NCBI GenBank assembly: GCA_965112735.1
Contig: OZ218965.1
Coordinates: forward strand, 434,001-498,000
Origin: Phaeosaccion multiseriatum
Taxonomy: Eukaryota; Protista; Ochrophyta, other classes
Reading direction: 5' to 3'
DNA length: 64,000 bases
The notes under the pieces are model-generated. The model did not search any database, was not told the origin of the DNA, and saw only the letters and a program-made list of their open reading frames with translations. Below, piece by piece: positions 24,563 to 36,183 of the stretch. Position numbers and translations under genes: made by a program. Every line of letters begins with the position of its first letter. The first letter of the stretch is position 1.

Positions 24563-27500
24563 TAGGTAGGTCGTTATCATCTGAGGTCAGGGGCAGGCAG
24601 GCTGTTGTATCCTCTGAGCGAGCAGCCCCGCGCACGCACACTCGAGAGCCCTAACTAAAGGCCGACGACACTCACCATTGACGATTCGCACTCGGAAGAC
24701 GTAGCGCGTATTGGGACTGAGGCCTGCTACTTCACAGAACGGCTCCTTGCCTCTGAAGCTGACGATGTTCATCGCAGCCGCGCCGCGGGTCTTTCCCTTC
24801 TCATCGCCCAAGAACTCAAGCTCCTTGCCGCTGACGCCCTCGTCCCTCTTCAACACATACGTCACGTCGTCTCGATGCCACCACTTCTCGAACTCTTCGA
24901 AGGACAGCACTCCGTCATTGTTCGTGTCGAGCTCCGTGAGGGCTTCGTTCACGCGCTCCTTCGTCGGCTCTACGCCCAAGTCCTGCAGGAGGGGGGAGAG
25001 GGGGGGAGGGGGGGAGGGGGCGGGTGGACAAATCATGAGCCACGCCACGCCGCACCACGGCGCACTCGGGCGACGCCTTCCGTACCTCCAACAGTTTTGC
25101 GAGCTCTTCACTGTCGATTGTTCCGTTGCCGTCCTCGTCGTATCCTTCGAAGATGCTGCGAAGGTTCACTCCATCGTTGCCCGACGGAGCTTTCGTCCAC
25201 TGCGACAGCATCTTGTCCACGTGTGCCTTGCTTCGCAGCGCTCCCTTGCGCGGCCGAGTCGCCGAGTCCCACTTGAGTCTGACTGTGGTGCAGGAGGGAG
25301 GTCTGCTCGGCTTGGGGGGCAGCGGCTTGTCCAGAAGGCAGTTCACGACCACCGACGGGCTCCAGCTACTCTGAAGGCCGTCGCCGTTAACCGCCTGCAC
25401 GCGGAAGCGGTACCCTGCACCTGCCTCAAGCATCTTGATCTGCGCCGTGTGTGCCGAACCCTTCCACACCCGCTTCCACTGCCCATACACCTCCCCCACG
25501 CACTGCTCCACGATGTACCGCCCCGCTTGGTCGCTGTGCGGCCCCTCCCCTCCCGCCCTGCTGGTGGCGGATTGACTCTCCCCGTCAAAGGCACCAGTGT
25601 TACTGTTGGGAGGGGGTGGGGCAGCAGAAAGGGCATCAAACACGTGTGTGGTTAGGTGTACTTGTCTTTCCTCAAGAAGCCCCGCCCCCCCTGCTCCACC
25701 CGCTTACTGTCATTCATACCTGAAGAAGCCCAGAAACTCTTTCCACGAGAGCCTCTCGTCATCGTTGGTCTCAATGGCGTCAAACTCTGCCCCTGCCAAG
25801 GCGCTTGTCTCAAGGAGTTTGAAGAGGCCCGTGTGCTTGCTCTGCAGCGCCTCCAGTAGCTCCGCCCTGCTCACGTCGCCAGACCTGTCCGTGTCCACCT
25901 CGTCGAAGACCTTCCGCAGCTCCTCATGCTTCTCCAGCTGCTTCTTCGACAACTTCCACCGAAGCGTCACCTCGGAGGCGGTCACTCGCTCCACCCTGGG
26001 CTGCGGGGGGCGCTCGGGCCGCGTGGTGAAGGCCCTGTGAGTGTACGGGCCGGGTCCAAAGCCGTTGAAGGCACGCATACGAAAGTCGTACTTGGTGTTG
26101 GGCTGCAGATCCGTGACCCAAAACTGGTACTCCGCATCCCCGTCCGCGTTTGGGGGGTCCCTGTAGATTTCGCAAAAGTCGCCGTTGCGGAAAGACCTCG
26201 TTCCTGCGGCCCCACTCCACTCCAGCGAGTAAAAGGCCACCATTTCGTCCTTGGGCGGCTGCCAGCACAGCAGCAGCTCGTTGGTCAGCGCCCGGTCGTC
26301 ATCGTCACCCCGCACGTCCCTGTGCCCCAGCTTGGCTGCATAGAGCGTGGGGGCCGAAGGCGGTTTGCCCTTGTCCAGCATGCCCCTCAGCTCACTGGCC
26401 TCTCGATTCGCCTTGGCCAGCACCTTGAGTTGGCGAAGGCCCTTCTGGCGGTCGTCGGCCCCCCACGTAACCTGATCGCATGTGCGTAGAGTGATCTGCT
26501 GCGGGGCCTCTCTCGTCTGGCCCCTCCCAGAAGCAGAGTGATGGTCATCGTCGTCCTCATAGCCCTCATCATCATCCGAGTAGTGATCTTCGTCCTCCTC
26601 CTCCGAGCCCCCTAGACCGTACCGCCGGAGGATGTCCAGCCGTTTCTTCCTCTCTGGCAGCTCTGTCTTTCTGCGCACCTCCTTGTTGCTCAGTGTGGCA
26701 AAGGTAATCGTGCCACCCCATTCGGACTGCTTCTTGTCGCCCTGCTCGCCCCCCCCCGCCCCATCTCTGCACAGCGAGAAAGCGTTGGGCATGCCCGTCT
26801 CTCGACAGGAGGTGGCCCACACGCAGCGTTGAGCAAGTCGCTTGCGTGCATCCCCTCTCTTCTGGCCGCGCTTTCCTCCGGTGAATTCCTTAAACTCCTC
26901 CCACGAGACCTTCTGGTCGTTGTCCTTGTCGAAGGCATCCACCAGCTGAGACAGCTCGTCCTTACCCATCACTATCCCGAGCTCACGTACGAGCAGCTGC
27001 GCAAGCTCCCTCTTGTCGAGCTTCTCGTCCTCTTCGGAGATGGATAGGCCCGCCTCGTAGTGCTCCCCGTCTCTGCTGCGGGCGGCGTTTCGCCTCCTCC
27101 GGTGCTCCACCACCCGCACAAAGGCCTCTCTGTAGTCCACCCCGGGCCGCAACAGTTTCAAGAACGTGTCCCTGAGTGCGCTGTAGCCCGCTGAGTGCAC
27201 GTCGCAGGCTTTAGGTGGGAAGCAGTCCCACAGGACTTGACAATGGTACGCGCTCAGGCTGTTGTGGCTTCCTTTGCAGCACCAGTTCACCCACTCTTTC
27301 TGCAGTCGAACGTCAACCTGCTTGAGAGCTTGCCCAACGCGAATGCAGTACTCCTCCCCTCCCCTCTCGGGTGCCGGGTCTATGAATGACAGACTCTTCA
27401 CCGCCGCCTCCACTTGCGCCTTGTGCTGAGTCCACCCCTCAAACTGTTTGGCGCTGTCTTCGGCCAACTGGTCCCGCGCCTCTTTGCCACTGTTCCGCTT

Positions 27501-28751
27501 CAGATCTTTGCGCAGATCATCGAGCTGCTTGTTGCACTTCTCCAGATCTCCCTGCGCCCCCTGCCGCCCTTTGCTGAGAGCATGCACGTACTTGAGTCCC
27601 TGCTGGTCGCGCACAAGATCGAGGGTGGAACGCGCAATGACGTTCTTATTCGGCCGCACCACGGCCTTCCCACTGCCAAAGTCGAAGCGCGGGGGCTTCC
27701 ACGCCTGGACAGTGTGCACCGCCGCAGGAATGCGTATGCGCTTCTCATCCTTGGAGCGAACAAAGCCCGCGTGTACCGCCGCAGCCTCGGTCTTCTTGTC
27801 CCTCATGCTCTCGATCTTCTTCTCCTTCTCTCTATCTTCGTCCTGCTCAATCATAACCATCAGCTGGCGCACTCCTAATGTAGACAGCCCAGTCGCCATG
27901 AGCCGCGCCCTACTCTCCGCTGTCATGTGGAGCATCCCGCTCCGGCCGTCCGGTCGGTCTTCACCGTCCTTTCCTTCTCCAGTCTTGCTTTCGGGGCCTT
28001 CCTCCTTGCCTTCTCCCTTCTCGCTGCGCCCCACCAGCCGCCTAACCTCCCCTTCCTCAAGCATGGCCGCCAGTCTCTCTCTCATCTCCCGATTCGCGGA
28101 CACCCAAGCCAGCTTTAAACGTCGCAGAAATATTACATTCTGCGCCTTCTGATCCGCCGTCATGGGACGCGCTTTCAAGCCCCGTCGCGGCGGATCTGGG
28201 GGAAAATTGTACTTGAGGCTGGGCATGATCCAGTCCCCGTCATCTTCGCCCTCCTGCACCATCAGCTCCTTCATGGCGGCCGATAATGTCTTGAGCTCAG
28301 CAGCACTGATACGCACGTCTGGGAAGGTGTAGTAGCTCTTCGTCCACTCTTTGAAAGCGTCGAACATGCACTGAGGCCCAGCCTTGGTCGACGTGTGCTG
28401 CACACCGCCCTTTCCCATGGCCGCCGACAGATCGACGCCCATGGACTTGTCCACCGCAGCCAAGGCCACCGCCACCTCCTTGAAGGACTCTGCGTCATCT
28501 GCCCGACTCTGCTGAAGCTTGGCGAACAGTTCCAGTCCCCGATCGAAATTGTTCTTACGCTTGACCCACGCTTCGAATGCGCCTTTCGAGGAGGCCTTCT
28601 CTGCCCCAGTGCCAACTCCTTCGCTGCTACAGCTGTTGGCACTCCTGCTGCTGCTGAGGCTACTGCTCCTCTTGTGGCGCGGGTGTTCTCTTGCGGCGCG
28701 CACAGTCCCTGCTGCTGCGTTGGCACCAGCCAATGGACCCATGCCAACCAT
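23029..28751 (-). CDS. Large EF-hand plus fibronectin type III protein, about 6 exons
   Basis: 3-kb first exon (28751-25720), then 25602-25086, 24982-24676 and three more. EF-hands DKDNDQKVSWEE, DTDRSGDVSRAE, DEDGNGTIDSEE, DTNNDGVLSFEE. FN3 motifs LQPNTKYDFRMRAFNGFGPGPY, YRFRVQAVNGDG, LSPNTRYVFRVR, YWFRVAALNIDG. Confidence 0.85.
23897..24078 (+). repeat. (GAG)n microsatellite in an intron
   Basis: About 60 GAG units; it produces the spurious poly-Pro/Leu/Arg ORFs. Confidence 0.95.
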
Positions 28752-28998
28752 GCCGCTACAAGCACACGAGCCCCTTAGGCCATATCCTTGAAAACAAAGC
28801 AGAAGGACGCGTAGTGTAACGGATTGACATCGACTTTGAATCGAGATTCATAAGTCAATAAAATAGATGGCACCTTACGGGCGTGATTTCATTCCTCTAG
28901 CCGTGTCAACTTCCCCCCACTCTCCCCCTCTTGCAGTCTTGTTTGCCTGGAACCTTTTATCCTATTGAAATGTGATTTGAGGGGAACTGCGGTACGAT

Positions 28999-30169
28999 AT
29001 GGGCAAAGCGAGTGGGAGGATGATGTCTCAGCTGCTCATGGTCGTACTCGCATTCCAGGCCGGGTTGCAGCCCCTGCTCATAAAGACATGCATCGATGAT
29101 CAGGTAAGAAGGCGTCTTGTCGCGTGAGGGCCGGGCTATGTGCAGCTCCTTGTGCCTCCCATGTCTCACGGCCGGCATTTTGTATGTGTTTTGTTTTCCG
29201 GCACAGGTCCAGCGAGCTTCGGTGGTGGTGGCAACGGAGGTCGCCAAAATCTTGCTCTGCAGCGCAACAATTGCACTGGGAGGCCGAGTCCGCGCCATCC
29301 GGAAGGAGTGGTCGCTTGGAAGCTCGCTCTCGACTGCTGCGTTCCCTGCCATGTGCTATGCGCTCCAGAACATGCTTTGCCAGGCCGCGTATCAGCACCT
29401 TGACTCAGTGACGTACAATGTGCTCAACCAAACCAAAACGTTGTCCGCGGCTCTGTGTTGCTACCTCATCATGGGTCGGAGGCAGTCTAAGCCTCAGCTT
29501 TTGGCTCTGTTCCTCTTGTTCGTAGCAGCTCTGAGTCTGAATGGCGGAGTGGGCTCTGGCGGATGGGACCGGGCAGACCACTTGGGCCGCACAGCGCTGA
29601 CTATCGGCGTTCCTGCAGTCCTGTCAGCGTCTTTTCTCAGCGGCCTGGGAGGCGCCATTACACAGCGCACCTTACAAACACACGGACGAGACAGCTCTCT
29701 GCTTTCCATGGAGCTGGCTGCATTTGGGGTTGTGACGCTTCTCTTCTCTCGACTTTTGCAGGGTGGCTCGGGGCTGGCAGGCTTCTTTGATGGATGGACA
29801 CCCCTGACGGCCGTGCCGGTCCTGACCTCAGCTCTCGGAGGAATCGTTGTGGGACAAGTCACGAAGCACGCGGGAAGTGTAAAGAAAGGGTTTGCCCTCA
29901 TTGCGGGAATCATTCTGACTGCTGTCCTGCAGTCTTTGTTCGAAAAGGTGGGTGGATGCGTGGGTCGGAATGTGTACTCTGGTCTGGTTTCTCCTCTGAG
30001 AACTCACGTTGGCTCTCTTCTCCTCCTCGCCCTCTTGCAGGATCACCCGCTCTCGGCACACCACGTGGTCGCTGCCGCGCTGACTGGCCTGGGCATAGCC
30101 CTCCATGCAAATTTCCCACCCGAGACTGCTGCTGCTGCAGCAGCAGCACCCGGGAAGAAGAAAGATTAA
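28999..30169 (+). CDS. Nucleotide-sugar transporter, SLC35A family (UDP-Gal/CMP-Sia-like)
   Basis: Exons 28999-29103, 29207-29947, 30041-30169. Motifs VATEVAK, PAMCYALQNML, TYNVLNQTKTLSAAL, GGIVVGQVTKHAGSVKKGFA; multiple TM helices; C-terminal KKKD. Confidence 0.9.
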
Positions 30170-30300
30170 CTCCTTCCTCCATGTTCATGTTGACGAAAAG
30201 AGATGGCTTTAATTGTTTTTAAAATTAATAATAACCCCATCGCCCCCTCACTCTCACCCCAGCAAAACGGGCGTTGATTTTACCTTGCCGGAACGCCGCT

Positions 30301-31099
30301 CTACTTGCCTCTCTGGAGCTCTGCGATCATTCTGTCCTTACGGGCTATTTCCGCCTTGGCCGTGTTGAAGAGGCAACTAATATTGTTCTCCAACGTTCTG
30401 TTTCGCTCGAGCAAGGACGCGTTCGCCTCGCGGCGCTTCTCCTCCTGATGGACGGCACACAGATGGGGAGAGGGGAGGGACACGCAGAGATGAGAGAGAG
30501 AGAGCAAGATTACAACGAGAAAGGGGAAAGGGTTCCAGATAAAAGGGAGAAAGGGAAGGGACAGATGTGCATGGATAAAGAGAGGTAAAAGAGACTGAGG
30601 GAGGGAGACGAGAGTGACGGAAAGACAAGAGCAGAGGGAGAGAGAGAAGAGAGAAGAGCGAGATGACAGAGAGGGTTCGAGAGAAGAGCAAAAGAGAGAC
30701 AGGAGAGAGATATGGATAGAGAGAGGGAAAGGTAAGAGAGGCTGAGAGAGGAAGATGGGAGCGACAAAGAGACGAGAGAGGGAGAGAGAGAGGAGAGAGG
30801 AGGGGAGACAGAAAGAGGAGAGAGAGCCAGATACGAGTGAGAGAAAGAGACAAGACAGAGAATTGGATAGAGAGAGGGAAGAGAGACTGAGAGGTCCTCC
30901 CTACCTGCGCGGCAAGAGCCTTGAGCTTGGCCTCCAGCAAAGCGCACTTCTCGGCAAGCTGAAGGGAGAGGGAAAAGGGTGTAAGAAAAGGAAAAATGAA
31001 CACACGCCTCTCCCGAGGGGGGCGCCTTACCTCAGTCGCAAGGAGCTTGTCTGCCGAGGTGCCAAGTCCAGCGTAGATGTCGTCCTCGTCCTCGTCCAT
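30301..31099 (-). CDS. 88-aa coiled-coil protein resembling the N-terminal domain of FLASH/CASP8AP2
   Basis: Exons 31099-31031, 30958-30905, 30444-30301 give MDEDEDDIYAGLG...RNRTLENNISCLFNTAKAEIARKDRMIAELQRGK, close to the FLASH N-terminal coiled coil (NISALIKTARVEINRKD, from memory). Confidence 0.75.
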
Positions 31100-31305
31100 C
31101 AAGGTACTTGTACAAGTAGAAGGGGACCGCGAGGGGATATTGTCAATGAGTGGCGGGGCAGTTTCAGTTTCAATTCACTATTCTCCTCAACCAAGGGACG
31201 GTCTCACAAGAAAGGATGGCCGGAGCAGGAGGAGGAAGAGGGAACCGCGGTATTTCTTGAAAAGAGTCTATCTTCGTGGGTCCTACTTGCTTGGGGCGGG
31301 TGGGT

Positions 31306-33492
31306 ATGGCGAATAGGATTACTTCGATCAGGATAGGTGGCTTCTTATTTCGCTCGGGAGGACTTGGCCGATCAGGGCGCAGACGAGGGCGGGCCTTCTC
31401 CACTTCTACAGACTCTGCGCCGAGCAAGTCAAAGCCTTCGTATCTTCGATATATACACCGGAATGACGTGGCTGTGGCTGCCGAGAGTGGAAACAGGAAA
31501 TCGGGGGAAGGCAGTGCCAGCAGGGATAGGGGGGACGCTATAGCTCCTCTGCTTGCTTTAGATACAACGACCCCCAAGCACATTGACGATGCTGCGGCTG
31601 CCGGTGATGCTGTTGGGAAGGCGTTGGAAAACTTGCCGAGAGGTTCCGTTGCCGGCGACGTGTTGCGGCAAAAGCAGGTACGAGAAAAGGAGGGGATTGA
31701 AAATGCCGGCCAGCTCTGCAGGCACGCCTTCCCTCTTTCTTCAGGTTGCCTCTGCCCTCTGCCTCTCTGTTCGCGTGATGCGCATATTCTTCTCCCCCCC
31801 CCCCGCGTCTCTCTGTCCCTTTCGGTCTCTCCCTCTCTTATCTCTTCTCTCTCACCCAACCCCCCTAACTCTCTCTCTTCATCTCTCTCCACCCAGCTGC
31901 TTCGTCAGCAACTCCATGTGCCTGGCAACTGTACAGTGGACGAGGCTATCACCATGATGGTGAATCAAAGGGTCACGTCATTCTTAGTGGTGAACCGCAA
32001 AAGAGAAGTGATTGGGATGTTCACGAGCAGAGATGTGATGGGAGAACTCGCTCGCTTCCCCCACAAGGCGGACGGGCTAGGAGCCAAGGCCCACGAGTTT
32101 ATGATTCCCATCAACCAGATGGTGTACTGCTCCCCAGAGGACTCCCTCCAGCGCTGCCTCTTGATCATGTCCGAATTGAAGATTCGGAACCTGCCTGTCG
32201 TCGTGGAAGGCGAAGTGGCCGGCATTATCAACGTGAATGACATCGCAGACTTCTCTTTCAGCACGTCGGAGCTCGGCGGTAAGAGCTCCTACATCAAGAA
32301 CATTGCAGAGCGCAAAGGACTGCCGCGGGGGGTGAGGCCAACCTCCACGCATGAGGAGGTGCGGGACGAGCATATTTCTGCTTCCGTTGGGGCCGCGGCG
32401 CTTCCGCACCCCTTCAAGGGCAAGGACGGCGTGAGCGCGTCTGCTCGGGAGCATCGCCACCTCGACATTTGTACAGACCCCACCCTGAGCGAGGACGCGC
32501 ACTTCACACTTTCTGTGTCTTGGCCCTCTGCGCACTCGGACACGGTGCACTACGTGGGGGTGGCGGATGGGGTGGGCAGCTGGCGCGCTATGGGCGTGGA
32601 CCCCAGGAACTTCTCCAACAAGCTCATGCACTGGGCGCAGCAGTTTGTGCTGTCAAGCGCCCCCTCCCCGGGCAACGCTGCACGGCCTCCGCCCAAGCCG
32701 CACGAGGTGCTCAGCGCGGCGTGGGAGATGACCATCGCGGAGAAGGCCGTGGGCAGCAGCACCGCCTGCGTAGCTTCTCTGGACTACGAGCTCGATCAGC
32801 TCACCTTTAGCAACATTGGGGACAGCGGGGTGGTGGTGCTACGCCACATTGACAGCGACGTGGCGGGCTACATGAGAGAGACGCAGACGCCGCGGCACTT
32901 GAGGGCCGACGACCTCCGCCTGGCCTTTATTTCGCAGCAGCAGCTGCGGTCCTTCAACCTGCCCTACCAGTTTGGCTACACAAACGTGGACAAGGACAAT
33001 GCCAATTTTGAGACTCCCAAAGACGCGGTCAACACCTCCTTTCCGGTGACTCCAGGTGACATTATTATCATCGCGACGGATGGGCTCTTCGATAACATGG
33101 AGCTCGACGAGGTTTGCGACTTGGCCCTCAAGTGGGAAACGAAATGGTTTGGAGGGCCAAGTCACGGACTCGAAACGCACAACAACGCCGCAATGGAGGA
33201 TCTGTCACAAACTCTCGCCAAGAGGGCGCGGGACTTGTCCCTGGACAGCTCCCGCGACTCCCCCTTCGCGCTCCTGGCCAAGGAGAACGACATCATGTGG
33301 TCGGGGGGAATGCCCGACGACGTCACCATCGTCACCATGGTGAGTTGCGCATGCTCTCCTACTGTTTCGACTGCCGCTACTTTCCTCACTGTATATCCCC
33401 CTCCCCCCCTCCATGTATGTACAATGCCTCTGCAGAGAGTCACCAAGAAGGCAAAGCCAGTAGCGGAACGCGATGAAGACGATTTTCCGTAA
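31306..33492 (+). CDS. Tandem CBS domains fused to a PTC7-like PP2C phosphatase, with putative mitochondrial presequence
   Basis: Exons 31306-31677, 31897-33339, 33436-33492. CBS motifs TVDEAITMM..VIGMFTSRDV and IRNLPVV..GIINVNDI. PP2C motifs SEDAHF, GVADGVGSW, GSSTAC, NIGDSG, FNLPYQFG, ATDGLFDN, GGMPDDVT. Arg/Ser-rich N-terminus ending RAFST. Confidence 0.9.
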   Translation: MANRITSIRIGGFLFRSGGLGRSGRRRGRAFSTSTDSAPSKSKPSYLRYIHRNDVAVAAESGNRKSGEGSASRDRGDAIAPLLALDTTTPKHIDDAAAAGDAVGKALENLPRGSVAGDVLRQKQVREKEGIENAGQLCRHAFPLSSGCLCPLPLCSRDAHILLPPPRVSLSLSVSPSLISSLSPNPPNSLSSSLSTQLLRQQLHVPGNCTVDEAITMMVNQRVTSFLVVNRKREVIGMFTSRDVMGELARFPHKADGLGAKAHEFMIPINQMVYCSPEDSLQRCLLIMSELKIRNLPVVVEGEVAGIINVNDIADFSFSTSELGGKSSYIKNIAERKGLPRGVRPTSTHEEVRDEHISASVGAAALPHPFKGKDGVSASAREHRHLDICTDPTLSEDAHFTLSVSWPSAHSDTVHYVGVADGVGSWRAMGVDPRNFSNKLMHWAQQFVLSSAPSPGNAARPPPKPHEVLSAAWEMTIAEKAVGSSTACVASLDYELDQLTFSNIGDSGVVVLRHIDSDVAGYMRETQTPRHLRADDLRLAFISQQQLRSFNLPYQFGYTNVDKDNANFETPKDAVNTSFPVTPGDIIIIATDGLFDNMELDEVCDLALKWETKWFGGPSHGLETHNNAAMEDLSQTLAKRARDLSLDSSRDSPFALLAKENDIMWSGGMPDDVTIVTMVSCACSPTVSTAATFLTVYPPPPLHVCTMPLQRVTKKAKPVAERDEDDFP

Positions 33493-33541
33493 TTACGTGT
33501 GGAATGTCTCGCCTCTACCTCTCTCTCCGTGTTAATACAAT

Positions 33542-34064
33542 TCAGGTCTTTCTTGACTCCAGCCGAGCCTTAATGTCGCGATCCCGTTGGTACATCTCGT
33601 GATCGAACTCGTCCTGGCAAACCTGCGCAAGAAAGGAGGGCCGCGGGGGAAAAGTCTGGCATGATGAAACAGCATGCATGCGAAAACAACTTACACACAC
33701 CTTCAGACCCTCGCCTTCCCCCAGTCAAAGCTCGGCTTATAAGTGTATCCATCGCCGCGCTTCTGGCTAAATAACAAACCTAATAACTCGCATCATAGCA
33801 GAGCGTCCCTCCCCCCCGACTCTCCACGCCCGTGTTTGATGAACACCCCCCATTTGCCTCTTCCTGTCGCATCTTGTACCCAATACCTCTTCCTGTTTGG
33901 CATCTTGTGGCCCCCACTTTACGATAGGCGCTCCCCAACTTGCAATGAGCACTCACCCGCCTTGGCTCCCCGGTAACCCAGACATTCGACCTCTCCAGCA
34001 GAAATCCCACCAGAGTCATCCCCCCCCCGATGATGATAAGCGGTGGGACGGACTGCCAAGGCAT
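33542..34064 (-). CDS. NDUFA1: Complex I accessory subunit NDUFA1 (MWFE), 62 aa
   Basis: Exons 34064-33957 and 33622-33542: MPWQSVPPLIIIGGGMTLVGFLL...GEPRR|VCQDEFDHEMYQRDRDIKARLESRKT; N-terminal TM plus the RxxxDxxDxxMxxRD pattern. Confidence 0.8.
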
Positions 34065-34270
34065 ATTGCTCTCACTCCGAAAAGCCTCTCTCTGCTGCAG
34101 CTTAGTCCGGTTGCTGCCGCTGCTACCCCTTACTGCTGCTCCTGCTGGTCTCCTTTTTTGTCTCTCGATCGTCCCTCTCTCTGAAATGCTCTGCCGCCGG
34201 ACAAAACCCCCTGGGATGGAGGCTTTTCATTTTCCCTCCCTCTCCCTTGCTCGTGGACTGAGCACAAACT

Positions 34271-36138
34271 ATGGAGGCGCTTGACCGGTTCGAGGCTGTT
34301 CTCTCAGCGCTGCGGCAAGCAGTGCACGAGACCGTGCAGACGAAAGCGGCGGGGGGCAAATTGGAGGAGCAATTGACGCAGGGCGCAGCCACTCTGGTCG
34401 AGCTGAAGGCGGTCAGTCGCAAGACCCACGTCTCGATCGACTCTTGCAGGTAAGGAAGAGGAGCTTGGACTGTGCACCGCTCTCCCGCCTCTGCCATTGA
34501 CGTGTGTGCCTTGCGAATCTGCGCGCCTGCAGGCAACAAGTGTCTAAATGCAAGACGGAAATGGACAGCTACAATCTTCAGCTGCAGAATTTACAGTACG
34601 AGAGGGACCACTTGCTGCGCGAGATCCAGCTGTGCAAGGACTTTACTACGAGAGAGCTGGATCGCATGGAGGAAGAGGAGAGGAGGGTTATTCTGGACAA
34701 GAGTGGTTCGCATCTGAGCCAGGAAAAGCACCAGACCAATCTGGATACCCTCGAGGAAGAAATGAAGCAGCGGGAAATCACGCAAAAGAGTCTCTTGGGG
34801 ATGAGGTCTCGAGCGGATGAGCAGGCTGAAAGGAACCAGGAAGACGCAGCTTTTGTGGAGGGCTTGCCCGATCGAATAGCGAAAGTGCGCGCTTGCGCTA
34901 GTCCTCTGGAGAAATTTCTCGGCCCGTGTGCGGGCGAGAGGAGGGACGCCCGGGCAATGGACCTACCCGCTCCTCTCTACGTGCTGTACTGCCAGCTGGA
35001 GGCTTACTGTCATACTTGGGGAACGGGTGGGTCTGAGGTGGCGGCAACGGCGGCAGTGTGCATATCGGAAGTCCAACAAGCCCAGGGGGACGAACAGCCT
35101 CGAAAACGCCAGAAGAAGACAGGGGCAGGAGGAGGAGAGGAACAGGCGTGGGAGGGGCCCACGGACGAGGACTTGACGAGTCTTTCTCCCTTGGCTGTGG
35201 ATCTTGCACTTGAATTTCCAGAGCACCCCGATGCTCCGGCGCTGTCCGTTCGCTTCCAGTACATGCCCGTTCTCAAGGTCGTGGCAGTGTCCGCGCCAGC
35301 GTCTTTCCCGAACCTCCTGGTCAATCTCTTCCCAGACGACACAGGCGCAGACACGCCCAACCTAGCCAACTATTTTGCTGGGCTGGACAAGTTTCCTTCC
35401 GATATGACTGCGCGGCCGTACAAGTGGGCCCAGTGGCTGGCAGGACTGTGCTTCCGCGACTCGAGCACTATTGGGCACGAGCACTACAGGCGCATTGTGC
35501 CTTCCACCAGAGCAGTTGTGTCGCGTCTGGCTCACAGGGCAGTTTCTCTCATGGCTCTGGAATCGCAACTTGTGGAACTCGCGGCGCTAAAGATTCCAGT
35601 GGGACCCCACTTAGAGAGGGCTTCGGCTGAGATGGGGAACAGTAGTCTGACGTTCACCACGTGGAAAGAGGTTCCAGCGCCTGCGTCAGGGCTTGGAACG
35701 GAGGCGAAGGAGGGCGGGGCTACTCTGTCTAAAAGTCAAAGACGCGCACCACAGGAGCTCGCGCGGTGCCGCTACTTTAAAGGCGTGGTGGCTACACCCC
35801 TGGCGAACACGCAAGTGAACGTGCTGGTTCAGCTCAGCCCGGAGTACCCGCTTCTGGCGCCCCTGATACAGTTGAGGACCCAAGGAGGGCACGAAAGCAA
35901 TGACGTGCGCTGGATAGAGACAGAAGTGAACGCGTACTGGGGCGACCTGCTACGCGAGGACCATGCCTCGAGCGCGTCGTGGGACTACGTGCTGTCCTTC
36001 CAGCTTCAAAGGCTGATGGCGTGTCTAGCGTCACTGTCCAAGGGGGACGATGGTGCCGCTGGGAGGCGGCGGGGCCGAGGGAGGCGCAAGGTTATCGAAT
36101 TTAACGGGCCTGCCAGACAATTAAGCGTAGTGAAGTAG
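34271..36138 (+). CDS. THOC5: THO complex subunit 5 (FMIP)
   Basis: Exons 34271-34449 and 34533-36138. Motifs LQLQNLQYERDHLLREIQLCKDF, LPAPLYVLY, LFPDDTGADTPNLAN, RPYKWAQWLAGL, and C-terminal RGRGRR. Confidence 0.92.
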
Positions 36139-36183
36139 AAATGAGCACTGACACTGTTTGTTTGTAAGAGCGTTTATGCTATG

